This document shows, piece after piece, positions 1-10,376 of a stretch of 64,000 nucleotides of DNA (position 1 is the stretch's first letter; the number at the start of each line of letters is the position of its first letter). Under the pieces are notes generated by a model. It did no database searches. It was not told where the DNA came from and was given only the letters and a program-made list of their open reading frames with translations. Origin of the DNA: Dudresnaya verticillata. Lineage: Eukaryota. The translations under genes and the position numbers were made by a program. The stretch is from assembly GCA_977862235.1 (NCBI GenBank), contig OZ374558.1, positions 930,001 through 994,000 of the forward strand, in the 5' to 3' direction.

Positions 1-808
1 TATGTCTCTAACGGCTTAGTGCAAGCAGTAGCTAGCACTGAAGCATTCAATAGCCTTTAGGTGCAATCCTTTTCCCTTCTTCGCAAACAATTAGGAGTTT
101 CTCCTATCGCCCTATAAAGTCCCCCATTCTCTCTCACTAAAAGCCCAGGAGAGGTGTAAACGGCGAGAATATGCCATGGATGTGGCGAACTCCTCTTGCG
201 GAGCCACGCATCTACAGGCTTGGACCAAGAACTCCGTCGCCGCGTAGAAGCTCTCTAGATATTGGAAGAGCTCGGTAAAGGACCGAACAGAAACGGATAA
301 CTCTCTAGAAAGAAGCTAGAGAATGAGTGCAGTAGAAGTAGACCTTCTGAGGGGCTTCACCCAGCTGGGATTGGACGCGGCTTTTTTAGAAAGCCGCCCA
401 CAGAAATTCCCCACAGCGTGGACCAAAATGCAGGCTTACAGTGTATGCACACCTCTGGACAAAAGAAGGCTCTGGAGGGGCTGCCATAGTTGGTTATGCT
501 GGCCCGTCAGCACAGTACCTTAACGAAAAGGGATATTGCGGACATACGGATAATGACGGACAAAACTATGCGACCATTACGAAGACCTACAGCAGCCAAT
601 GCACCCCACCCGGGCATCGTCAGCTTGCACAGAGCCATTACCCAATGCTCAATAGAGTTCGCGCCACAAAAACCGAAACCCACCCACCCAGGAGAACCCC
701 CATGACCAGCCATCCACCCCAACACCTGCCCCTTCCCCTATATCCGTTTTAATCCAATTCTTCAAAGAAGGTCCGACAGAGCACTCCTAAATGCTTCACG
801 AAATCGTA

Positions 809-1337
809 ATGGCTCCTAAGATGGGTCGCCAGGCTCTGCAGCGGAAAACCAAGAACAAGCTGCGAAACGGAGTGCAGGACGCGCCCAGGCGCTGGATCTA
901 CTTCGCTCCACCACGCACTCCATCCGTAAACTTGCAGCCGCCACTGGAGTATCGAAAACGGTCGTCGGCGAACTCAAAGAATGGGTACGTCGCGATCAGC
1001 AAGCATTGACAAAGTTCTGGTCTGCCGTGGCCCTGGAAGACGAACGGTTCGCACGGAAGAAGAGTGAATAAGCAAGGATCGTATCCGTTTCGCTGCTGCA
1101 AGAGGCTTTGCAATTGACCACAATGGTATAAAGCACTTTATGTCGCGAATAGCAGCTAACGGGAGACCAGGATGGCGCAATGGCATTATTTGTGAGGATA
1201 CAATCCGAGCATTTCGTGCACGACACAGGGACATCACCTGTCGAGAGGCCGAGAACAAAGAGACTGCTAAATTGTTTGCTGAAGACAGAGCGCAGGTGCG
1301 AACATTTCATACTGCACTAGAATAAGTGGAGGCCATT
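809..1337 (+). pseudogene. pogo/Fot1-type (Tc1-mariner superfamily) transposase, N-terminal HTH_psq + CENP-B-like HTH fragment
   Basis: Across frameshifts reads ...DLLRSTTHSIRKLAAATGVSKT (psq-like HTH) and ...FMSRIAANGRPGWRNGIICEDTIRAFRARH...VRTFHTALE; continues at 8394 once the 1338-8393 insertion is removed. Confidence 0.7.
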
Positions 1338-1346
1338 TGTGGCATA

Positions 1347-2119
1347 TGTAGTATCTCGAAAAGCACCACCGCGTGCGAGGCCAAAACGAGACCCCAAGAC
1401 GACAAAAAAGACCGAGTGGATTTCGAAGAAACTGGCCAAACGTAGAACGGAACTTCGCGCCGGTAGCAAGAGTGGTAGAGCGGGAGCACGCAGACGAAGT
1501 CGTGGCCAGATCTCCGATGAGGACAGAAAATGGCCAAGTTGGGGGACCGGTTACCAATTTTGCTCCCAACCTCTCGCAGGACGGTTTCGTTCCTATTCTG
1601 GCCAAGCCCTAGTGTGTGGCCGTCTAAATAGACCCAAAAGCGAGCATCTGAGCTAATCTACAGCTATTCTACAGTTAGTGGCCGCGGTTACTCACCATGG
1701 CCCAAAACATCTTCCTCGAATCCTGGCTTCGGGCCAATGTTAGAACCCTGCGGAATTAAATCGAGTGCTTGTCAGTTGATCAGTGGTCATAATAGTTGGA
1801 TTTGTTCTTGATTTTTCCATGCTTGGCCCCGTGATTGAGTATTGCGGCCAAATCCCTTTCCGTGATCTGATCCGATATTGATCCCGATTCGCGTATCCAG
1901 ACTTTCCAAGTATGACAATTTTCTTGCGCTGGCCACATGGCTGACACGCATACACGTGTGATCTCCGTGTTGTGCGTGTGGTTCCTTGTCGTCGCCCATC
2001 GCCATCCGCATGGCCGTACGGTAGCGCTCTGACCAAGTGTCTTCTGCGGGTTGGCCACTTTGGATTCCGTGGCCCGCTCAACGGGCCCCTTTTTGGAGGC
2101 TCCTTGCCGTTACAGCACA
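1347..2119 (-). mobile_element. Solo LTR related to the LTRs of Gypsy element E
   Basis: TGTAGTATC...TACAGCACA; diverged reverse complement of 44019-44783; perfect TSD GCATA (1342-1346, 2120-2124). Confidence 0.85.
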
Positions 2120-2698
2120 GCATAGATGTCAGTTCAAACTTGCGTCTAGCAGCGCTGGTCGAGCAGTCGCGCCCAGACCCGTCGAAGGGTAGTAGGTGGT
2201 AGCTGTTGTGGTATAGCGGTGGTGTCGGCCGCGCGCGCCGTCGACGGTCGCGGATCTACGGAGCCGAAGCCTAAGCGCGCACGGGGCGGACCGTACGTTG
2301 GCGGCAGCGGCCAGATTCCAGCGTCCCTGTGGCATAGCTGTAAGATCAGCTGCGCCACGCCCGCGCAGCTGTAAGACCAGCTGCGCCGCGTGTGCAACGC
2401 TGTGCGCACGCTCTCAGCCGGTAGCGCCGAAGCCCCGCTGAACTGTAAGGAAGTGCGCTGTTGCGCCCGCGCGTACGCCTGTACGCGTGTGACACAGACA
2501 CTCCCGTGTAGTTTCTTCATAATATTTGTGTAGTGAAGAGTCTTGGTGTTGGTTTATTGACCTTGAAGGATACCTGCTTAAGAGTGAATTAAGCCAGCCA
2601 AGAGAAAAAGAAAGACTAAAAGTAAAGAAAGAGGAGAATAAACATGTGAGGAAGAGCGAGTGGAGAAAGTGCCAGGGCGCTAGGGAGGGTGGGTGGGG

Positions 2699-2959
2699 GC
2701 ACGAGAAATACACATGCCTGAGACTCCGGCAATCGTCTGTGAAGTGGCCTTATGTAGCCGCGCCCTGAGCGCAGTAGTCAGAATGCATAGTTGTGAATGC
2801 TTCGCTTCTCTCTACATAATGTACAATCCTAAGTGCTGTTCTATTATGTCTTGCATTATGTATTTGTTTGTGACGCTCGGTCATTGTCTGTCACACAACA
2901 AATGCTCGCTACTCCCCTTGTCAATCTTCATGAGCATACACACAGTGTACCCATACTCG
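2699..2959. repeat. Internal copy of the DIRS-element 261-bp direct repeat
   Basis: GCACGAGAAATA...CCATACTCG closely matches 6720-6980. Confidence 0.95.
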
Positions 2960-3001
2960 AAGAACCAAGAAAACATGGAGAGCTCATATACGTAGAGCAC
3001 G

Positions 3002-4046
3002 TCACGACCCCGAGCATAGGTGAGCAAAAAAGTACCTCGACGCATCTGAAAGCGAAATATTTCCATCGAAGTATACACTGAACATAGCTTCGCTTTCCCA
3101 ATCCAACCGATTCATGATCCAGACTTTAGGCAGCTGCATGTTCACAAGCTCGTTTAGCCCACCAATTCGAGGGCTATGTGATGCGTAGTAGTATCCTGCA
3201 GGCGACGGAACATGGATCAAACGAGATACTGCGCAGACAGCCTGTCGGAGATCAGCCTCCTGAAGACCAGCAGTGTTGTTAAAGTTGAATAAAGTGGTAC
3301 TAGGCCGACGTAGCCGCATCCAGCGTTGTAGTAATTGATGAAGACTGCAGTTCACATCCCAGTTCGATGATGCTGGATAAAGCAGTCGCAATGAGCGGCG
3401 GCGAGCCTTGCCTTTGCGATAGCGAATAGTTACTCGAATGTTGGAGAGCGACACAGCCATGTCTTTTGGAGAAAGGTTCCGCACGCTGACCGACCGAGTT
3501 TGGAAGATAAATGAGAACACAGACCAGAGCACAGCAGCCTAGATCATGTAAATTGCTCGTCTCGAGTCCATAGTTCAACGCCATCCTTACCATTTCTGCA
3601 GAGCAACCAGTGCGCATTAGTATATCCGGCCTGTGGCCATCCTCCTTTCTGTGGAAAGCATTTGAAAGCTCTTTCACCAATGGAGTGCGTGTCGGTGAGG
3701 CATGACCATGATCCGCATGGTACGTAGATACAGCCGAAATTTATTGTGGAGCAGATGAACTACTGACGCGGCCTTCGAGAGAAAGGAAGCCAATGTAGGC
3801 AAGCACGTCCACTTCACTTGCGGGCAACGGGCAGCGACCTTCCTCATCGCAAAAGGCCAACCATTTCCGCAGCTGACTTTTCCTATTGCGCCATGTTGCA
3901 TCGGACTTACTGTGAGATGCCAGTATTTCTGCAGCGGCTTCGGCACCACCTGTAGAACCACCAGTACCTGCCCGAGCAAGAACGTTGCTGCGTATTCCAT
4001 CCCGCCAAGAGGTGGTCAAGTCATCTCTGCTGCGACAAGTCGGCAC
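3002..4046 (-). pseudogene. Tyrosine recombinase of the DIRS-type element
   Basis: N-terminal SKSDATWRNRKSQLRKWLAFC...; HSPRIGG (HxxR box); NRLDWESEAMFSVY (W...Y box); split over ORFs 3741-4046, 3300-3680 and 3002-3532. Confidence 0.85.
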
Positions 4047-4109
4047 TGCGGGTTGATGTTTCCGGTACTTCCTAATACCGGCGCGCCGCCAGTTGCGGGA
4101 TCCAGAACG

Positions 4110-6074
4110 GTTATTCTAGCACTCATGCCGCGCAAGCGCTCGTACCACGCCTGCGCTGGCTAATGTGGAGCGAGAAGGACTCCCTTCCCACCATCTGCTT
4201 GTATTTTTCGGACGACCAGCGGCAGGATGTCGAACGGAGGATTCCAAAGAAGGGCCCGTCTATCGCCCCAATGCTCTTGCATCTGAGTGCGAAGATACTT
4301 CCGGCGCGCCACGAGTGTTTCCCCGACGGGGCGGCGTCTGAACACCACTGCGTTCAAGCGGTACTGCTTCTGAATGGACTGTACCAACGCCTTCGTCGCT
4401 GTAACGTCGCCTGGGTCCCATGTCCGCGACAGGGAGTCTGCGAAACGGTTCACTGCCGAGGGTATCCAACGCGCCTCGATCATGAAACCGAGAACCCGTA
4501 GTAGCACGTGTAGTTTCCTGAGCTCTGCCATTATTGGTTTCGACGCTGAGACCATTGCGTTCAGTGTGCATATGACGCCGAGATTGTCCTCGTGTAACAA
4601 TAGGTGTCGGACCCGGGGGTTTGACACGTATGCGGCAAAGTTTCGGTGGAGTAACAGCCTGACTGCTCTGAGTTCCCGTAAAGAAATCGACTGGGCGCGG
4701 TCGTGCTCGTTCCAAAAACCTTGACCCTCCCACAAACCCGGAGAACCAGCGCCTGTATTGTATCCAAGCGTCCGGCCGTATCCAACGTCGGCTGCATCGC
4801 TGTGTATAGTCATATCCGGGTTCACCCGTACTAGCTCTAGTCCTTCCCCACGTGTCACCTCCCGCCAGTACTGCAGGTTGCGAAGGGACTGCCGACACAA
4901 GCGCACCCGTAACGTACGGCTCAGCGCCTCTGATCCTTTCCCTCCCAGTAGCCTTTCCGTTCTTACCATGTCGAAGTATAGTAACCTCGTGTAGAAGCGC
5001 GCCATTGGTATTGCCAAAGATAGCGAAACACAGACGCCACAGAAGTGGCGCAGAAGCGTTAGGCTTACAAGCCTTCGATTTCTCTGGGCGAGAAGAAGAA
5101 TGCGCTTGGCAAGTTTTCGGACTCGCACCACCTTCTTGGTCGAGGCAAAAAACCCGCATCTGAATGGTATCGAGGTGAACGCCCAGATGGTCCAGACTCT
5201 GACTCCCCTCCCAGCACCCCTTGTCGGGATGCCTTACAATACTGAGATCTCTGAAAAGCCTTGAGAGGGCAACGCGAGCCTTTGAACAGTCTTCGGCCGT
5301 CGCTGGTCTGCCAGGCGGTGACGGTGCAGCGAAAAAGTCGTCTATGTATGCTAAGATACGACGCAGCTTCTGTCGATGGTACTGGGCGACAGGGCGTAGC
5401 AGTTTTGTGAACCACAGAACGGACCGTCCCCAGCCGAACGGTAGGGTGACACAGCGAAAGTAGCGGCCATGGCATCAGAAAATGAAATAGTCCTGAATGT
5501 CGGGGTGTAGGTAGAAGTGTCGATACCCACTCTTTATGTCCCAAAACATCAAGGTGTCCCCGGCTTCCAGCTCTGTTGCGAAAGATGACACCGTTTCCAT
5601 CTTGATACTTCCACGAGGCCAATGCTGACTTTGCCTGTGGAAGTTGATAACAAAACGGCCCTTCCGGTCGGTGCCGTCTCCCTGCCATACAAAGAAAGCT
5701 GAAGATATCATGTTTCCTGCTTTGTGCTTCATGTAGGCTACTTGTGGCGATATCTCTTCGTATATGCCATCCTGGCAGCCCTGGTTGAGGTCGTTGCTGG
5801 CAAATGCCTTGTCTTCCTTTGTTTGGGGGAGGTCCCCGAGCACCAACCCAGTGGTAAACGGAACTGATGGCATATCGCGAATGCCGTACCGTATAGCCCG
5901 CACCAGGTACTCGGGCGCCCCTAGACGTGCTCGCCACGCGTCGGCTTTTAAGGACGTTCCTCTCCACAAAGGGGCTCCCCCGAACGCCTTTGTGTCCTTC
6001 TTCCTTGATCCTATTATTCGTCTCCGGCCCGCCTCGTCCACTAGCGGTGCCTCGTCGGGTGCCGGCTTTCTCAA
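4110..6074 (-). pseudogene. Reverse transcriptase - RNase H - adenine-methyltransferase-like ORF of the DIRS-type element
   Basis: KGRFVINF, WDIKSGYRHF, LPFGWGRS, AYIDDF; RNase H HSDAADVGYG, ISLRELRAV, HEDN, NRFADSLSR; C-terminal WNPPF; stops at 5475 and 4160, frameshift near 5140. Confidence 0.9.
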
Positions 6075-6648
6075 GCCTAGCTTTGGCTAGTTGCTTAGCC
6101 GCTTCAATCTCCATCTTGGACGTAAGCGCCTCTCTTGCGCTCCTGTATGAATTAGAGAAGACTGCATCGCTACCTTGTTCAACAAGGAACGACATTTGCC
6201 TCGCAGTCTCCATTCCTTGTTCAGTAATGGCCCTGAAGTACTGGGCACGCATCGAAAGGACTTCCAATGCGGCCATAAAAGACTTTTCAGCTAGAGCCAA
6301 GCGCCGGGACAGGTCCTGGACATTTCCGGTGTGTGTCTTCGCAACCTCAAGCGCTGAAAGCCCAAGCTCAGTCCATACCCCGGCGGCATTTACATATTCC
6401 CATTCCTTAGCAGACCGTCGGTCCTTCGCCTTCAAATCGGATAGAAAAGCGTCTGTGGGTGGCTTGAAATACCCCATATGCGTAACGGGAACGTGCGGCC
6501 CCCGTTCAAAGACGCTTCCTTCTCCTACCAACTTTGAGGAGTTGAGCTCCGTTACCACTGCCCCGAAATCTCGACGTTCAGGTGTTGCAGTGGCCCAGAC
6601 CGTCTGCAAAGCAGCGGCTGCTGCTCCTGTGTCGTTTTGCTCTGTCAT
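5065..6648 (-). CDS. gag-like ORF1 of the DIRS-type element, reading on in a frame that overlaps RT
   Basis: First ATG inside the 5' repeat boundary (MTEQND...), helical-looking ~200 aa, frame stays open across RT; gag call is positional. Confidence 0.65.
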   Translation of the reverse strand: MTEQNDTGAAAAALQTVWATATPERRDFGAVVTELNSSKLVGEGSVFERGPHVPVTHMGYFKPPTDAFLSDLKAKDRRSAKEWEYVNAAGVWTELGLSALEVAKTHTGNVQDLSRRLALAEKSFMAALEVLSMRAQYFRAITEQGMETARQMSFLVEQGSDAVFSNSYRSAREALTSKMEIEAAKQLAKARLEKAGTRRGTASGRGGPETNNRIKEEGHKGVRGSPFVERNVLKSRRVASTSRGARVPGAGYTVRHSRYAISSVYHWVGARGPPPNKGRQGICQQRPQPGLPGWHIRRDIATSSLHEAQSRKHDIFSFLCMAGRRHRPEGPFCYQLPQAKSALASWKYQDGNGVIFRNRAGSRGHLDVLGHKEWVSTLLPTPRHSGLFHFLMPWPLLSLCHPTVRLGTVRSVVHKTATPCRPVPSTEAASYLSIHRRLFRCTVTAWQTSDGRRLFKGSRCPLKAFQRSQYCKASRQGVLGGESESGPSGRSPRYHSDAGFLPRPRRWCESENLPSAFFFSPREIEGL

Positions 6649-6719
6649 CCTCACAGTACTTCGTTCGTACTGCCTAGAAGGTGCCACCGCCCTGCGTCGA
6701 GGGGGGATTTCTCGTCGGA

Positions 6720-6980
6720 GCACGAGAAATAGACATGCCTGAGACTCCGGCAATCGTCTGTGAAGTGGCTTTATGTAGCCGCGCCCTGAGCGCAGTAGCC
6801 AGAATGCATAGTTGTGAATGATTCGCTTCTCTCTACATAATGCATAATCCTAAGTGCTGTTCTATTATGTCTTGCATTATGTACTTGTTTGTGACGCTCG
6901 GTCATTGTCTGTCACACGACAAATGCTCGCTACTCCCCTTGTCACTCTTCATGAGCATACACACAGTGTATCCATAATCG
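6720..6980. repeat. 5'-terminal copy of the DIRS-element direct repeat
   Basis: Matches 2699-2959; ends at the junction with the host family-A sequence. Confidence 0.95.
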
Positions 6981-8393
6981 TACAGTACCAACTAGTGTAA
7001 GCCAGGTCGAACGCCATGCTGTCCCGCGCGCATTGCGCACGCACTCCGGTGCAGAGCCGTTGCGTGCGCGCCATGCGCGCGCGTACTCCGACGTAGAGCC
7101 GTTGAGTACCTGTGGACCGTTTCGCTCACGCGAGCCCCCCGGTTACCGTTACCCGTACGCGTCGATGCGTATCGATTCGCCCCGGCGCACCTCCCGGGTC
7201 GGTGCCGCCGTAAGCACTGTAGTCCATTTAGTAGTCGCCCCTCTGGGCTAGCCTTTGCCCGTACGCGTCGACACGTTCGGGGCATGCCCGCGCACCTCCC
7301 GCGTTGTTGCTGCCGCATACTGTAGCTAGTCTATTTAATACCAGTTTACAGGCATAGCTAAGTAATGATAACAAGCAACCGGCCTACGCAGGTGCTTGCC
7401 CATTTCTGCTTTGGGTTTCTTTCCCAGTCTTTCGCCCTACGGCTTCCCCTTTCCTGAAGCCACCTAGGCCTTCCCTTTCTTTTCCGAACGTTGGATTCGT
7501 GTCGGCCCACGACGGGGACGCAGGGATCCAGGCGCTGCCGCACGCGCACGGTCCGCCCCGTGCGCGCATAGGCTTCGACGCCGTGGGTTCACGACCGTCG
7601 ACGGCGCGCGCGGCCAACACCACTGCTCTACGACCACAAGCTACCACAGCCCGTCGACGGGTCTGCGTGCAACTCTGACCAGCGCACCTAGACGTCAGGT
7701 CGAACTGACGTCTAGCTGCGCTGGTCGGAGTCGCGTGTGGCATAGACGTCAGGTCCAACTGGCGCCTATGCTACAGTCCCCTGCGTGGGGCGGCTCGAAG
7801 CCGACTGTCGGAAAGGAAAGGGGGAGCCCTGACGGCTAAGGGAAATGGAAAGCCGTAGGGCGACATATTGGGAACGAAACCCAAAGAACAAGGGCAGCCA
7901 CCCGCGTAGGCCGGTTGCTTGTTCTCATTACTTGGCTATGCCTGTAAACTGGTATTAAATAGACTAGCTACAATGTGCGGCGACACCAACGCGGGATGTG
8001 CGCGGGCATGACCCGACACGTGTCGACACGTACGGGCAAAGGCTACCCGGGGGCACGCACGGACGTAACGGTCCGACGCGCACTCAACGGTTCGATGCTG
8101 GAGTGCGCGTGCGCCCTGCGACGTGTACGGCACGGCGCGTAGGACAGCAAGGCGTTCGACCGCCGCTAAATTTGGACTGCACTTTACACGCAAGAAATAA
8201 ACGTACAAGTTCCACGGGAGTGTCAATCTCATACGCGTACACGCGTACGCGCGGGCGCCACAGCGCACTTCCGTAAAGTTCAGTGGGGCTTCGACGCCAC
8301 CGGCGGGCAGCGTTCGCACAGCGGCGCACACATGGTGCAGCTGGTGTTACATCTGTGCGGGCGTGGCACAGCTGGTCTTACAGCTATGCCACA

Positions 8394-9080
8394 CTATACA
8401 TCCAGGTATTATAAGAGATGGGGACCGAATACGGAATGTAGATGAGACGGCCGTTGACGCGACTACCGGTGCCGTTCGAAAAGTATTCTGCTCGTCTTCA
8501 GGTCACCATAGTGGCTGTTGTGTTAGTTCCTCTATAAATGGACCTCAGAAGCACATCACTGCTGTGGTTGCGGTGTCCGGTTCTGGTCGCAAAACATCTG
8601 CATTTTTATCATTTCTGGAAAACATGTTATGTGCAGCTCGACCGAAGCATTAGTTTCAGCTCCAGCGAAGACCAGGGAGGGAGAAGCAAACTCCTGGAGA
8701 AAAGGTTCTGCTCCTGCAGAAAAGTTTTCAAAGACAAGTGGTTCCCAGCGAATGGTGTCATAAAGGTGAGTGAAAATGGATCAATGGAGATGGATTTTCT
8801 TCCTGTCCTGATGACGCATATTAACAACTGCGTCAGGGAAGTTGTTCCAGAAAACCTCCACTACGTCCTTGTCCTTGACGGGCACAACGCAATAAAATGA
8901 ACCGATTGGATTGACCAATGCCAGGCCAACAATTTTGAAGCCTTTGTCTCCGCGGCGAATACGCCCCACCTGCTTCAGCCCTGCGATCAACATGTGAGCA
9001 GAGGTTTGAAACGGTCTCTAAAGGAGATTAGCGATGCGTTCTGCAAAATATCCCAATGGACACAAGGCAAGTGTCCTTCA
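8394..9080 (+). pseudogene. pogo/Fot1-type transposase, DDE_1 catalytic fragment
   Basis: IRNVDETAV, HITAVVAVSGSG, SENGSM, VLVLDGH, then ANTPHLLQPCD in a shifted frame. Confidence 0.85.
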
Positions 9081-9999
9081 TGTGGTGCAAAGCGTCCGTG
9101 CACGATCTACACCTCCGGATCGTTCGGCGTCCGGTGGGTAGGCGCTTGTAGCGGGGTAGTTGTGGTAGAGCAAATGGGACTCGCCGAGGGCGGGCTGTAA
9201 ACGCCCTAGGCCGTAAAGGGAAAAACAAGGGAACAAAAGGAAAAATGCAACAGGAAACACGTCTCGGGCGCAGTGCGGACACGGAAGCGCGGTAGGTCAG
9301 ACGCTTGAACCTCAAGGCTAGCGGGTAGGTACGCGTAGCGCGAGAAGGGTAGTCTGGACCAAGTCAGACTTCCCGGGGGTTTACCTTCATGCCTGGGACG
9401 GACCACCTAAGTATAGAACAACCACCTAGTGGCGACGGTGCGGACTCGTCGCGCGGGAACTCGGGACACGTTTTGTCCCGGGGCGCGTCTGACAAGTTCC
9501 GTCCGTCATGCAGCCGCGCGTCTGACAGAGTCACGCGTAGCTCGCCACGTGAGTGCTTACACGTACACGCAGATGTACCTCCTTACAGCCGACACGTCCT
9601 GATGAGCGTGCGATCTTGACTCATACCAATCCCGATCCGATCCGGATTCGTGCCAGGCATACGGATGCACCAAGCTTACAGGCACGCGCCTTACACTTCT
9701 TGATCCCGAAGTCTGATCTCGATACGGGATACCGATTCAATCCGGATTCGGGCCACAGTTACAGCTAACGTTCCCGCCATTGTGCAACGCGCGCACTCGT
9801 GGCGCTGTACAGTGCTGCGGCTTCGGGCGCGAGGTCTGTACTCCAATGACCCGTTCTGGTCCGGGGGGCCGGCCGCATGCGTCGGTGACGTGTTTGCGCT
9901 GCGTGCGGGTTGAGTGGGCCGTTGGCGCTTGCCCGTCGGTCGACGCGTAGTTATCCACCCGCTCAGAGCGAAAAAGAGGGACCCACCCCCGTCACTACG
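9081..9999 (-). repeat. 3' LTR of element C
   Basis: Direct repeat of 21366-22285 (11 mismatches in the first ~128 nt by eye). Confidence 0.92.
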
Positions 10000-10376
10000 C
10001 GACCCCCTCCGAAAACGCGAACACGTCAACCCGCTTTAGCGCTTCTTCTTCCCCGCTTCTGATTGTCTTTCTTGCTCATCCGCTCATAAGCGTTTGCACT
10101 TCCCTGCCGTTGGCGTTGTTTGATTCCCGTCGAAGACGCCCGTTCAGCTTCCCCCGCCTGCGGCGCGAACACCTTCCGTCCAAGACTTGAAGTTGAACTA
10201 ATTTCGCCGTGGCATGAGTGAAACCCCGTCATTGACGTAGTATCTATGAGTGTGCTTACGCAACCACGGCCTAAGGCCTGTCTCTGAGTCTCGACCTTGG
10301 CGTTGTAGTTCCATCGTCGTTGACGTATCGTGTAAACTTCGCCAACAGCGTGTGATTCTTGAACGTCTTTGACGTA

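Larger units (their letters stand above)
2535..6980 (-). mobile_element. Tyrosine-recombinase retrotransposon (DIRS/PAT-like), degenerate
   Basis: gag-like, RT, RNase H, MT-like and YR coding regions; 261-bp direct repeat; no TSD, removal restores the host sequence TGTGTAGT-GTACAGT seen at ~58363-58377. Confidence 0.9.
2328..7775 (+). mobile_element. Family-A solo-LTR-like element (pieces 2328-2535, 6981-7775) interrupted by a DIRS-type element
   Basis: TGTGGCATAG...CTATGCTACA; perfect TSD GTCCC (2323-2327, 7776-7780); colinear with 58161-59000. Confidence 0.85.
1338..8393 (-). mobile_element. Family-A solo-LTR-like element (pieces 1338-1346, 2125-2327, 7781-8393) hosting nested insertions
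   Basis: Termini TGTGGCATAG...CTATGCCACA; rejoined pieces are the reverse complement of the unit at 58161-59000; flanks CCATT/CTATA (3/5, diverged TSD) restore transposase E-A-I-H-P-G; strand assignment inferred. Confidence 0.75.

Noticed and set aside
1..430. Possible decayed coding sequence (RICHGCGE)
   Set aside because: Several stops and no full motif; cannot be assigned
5927..6742. 271-aa plus-strand ORF
   Set aside because: Lies opposite the DIRS gag ORF, Ser/Ala-rich, no independent motif; antisense shadow
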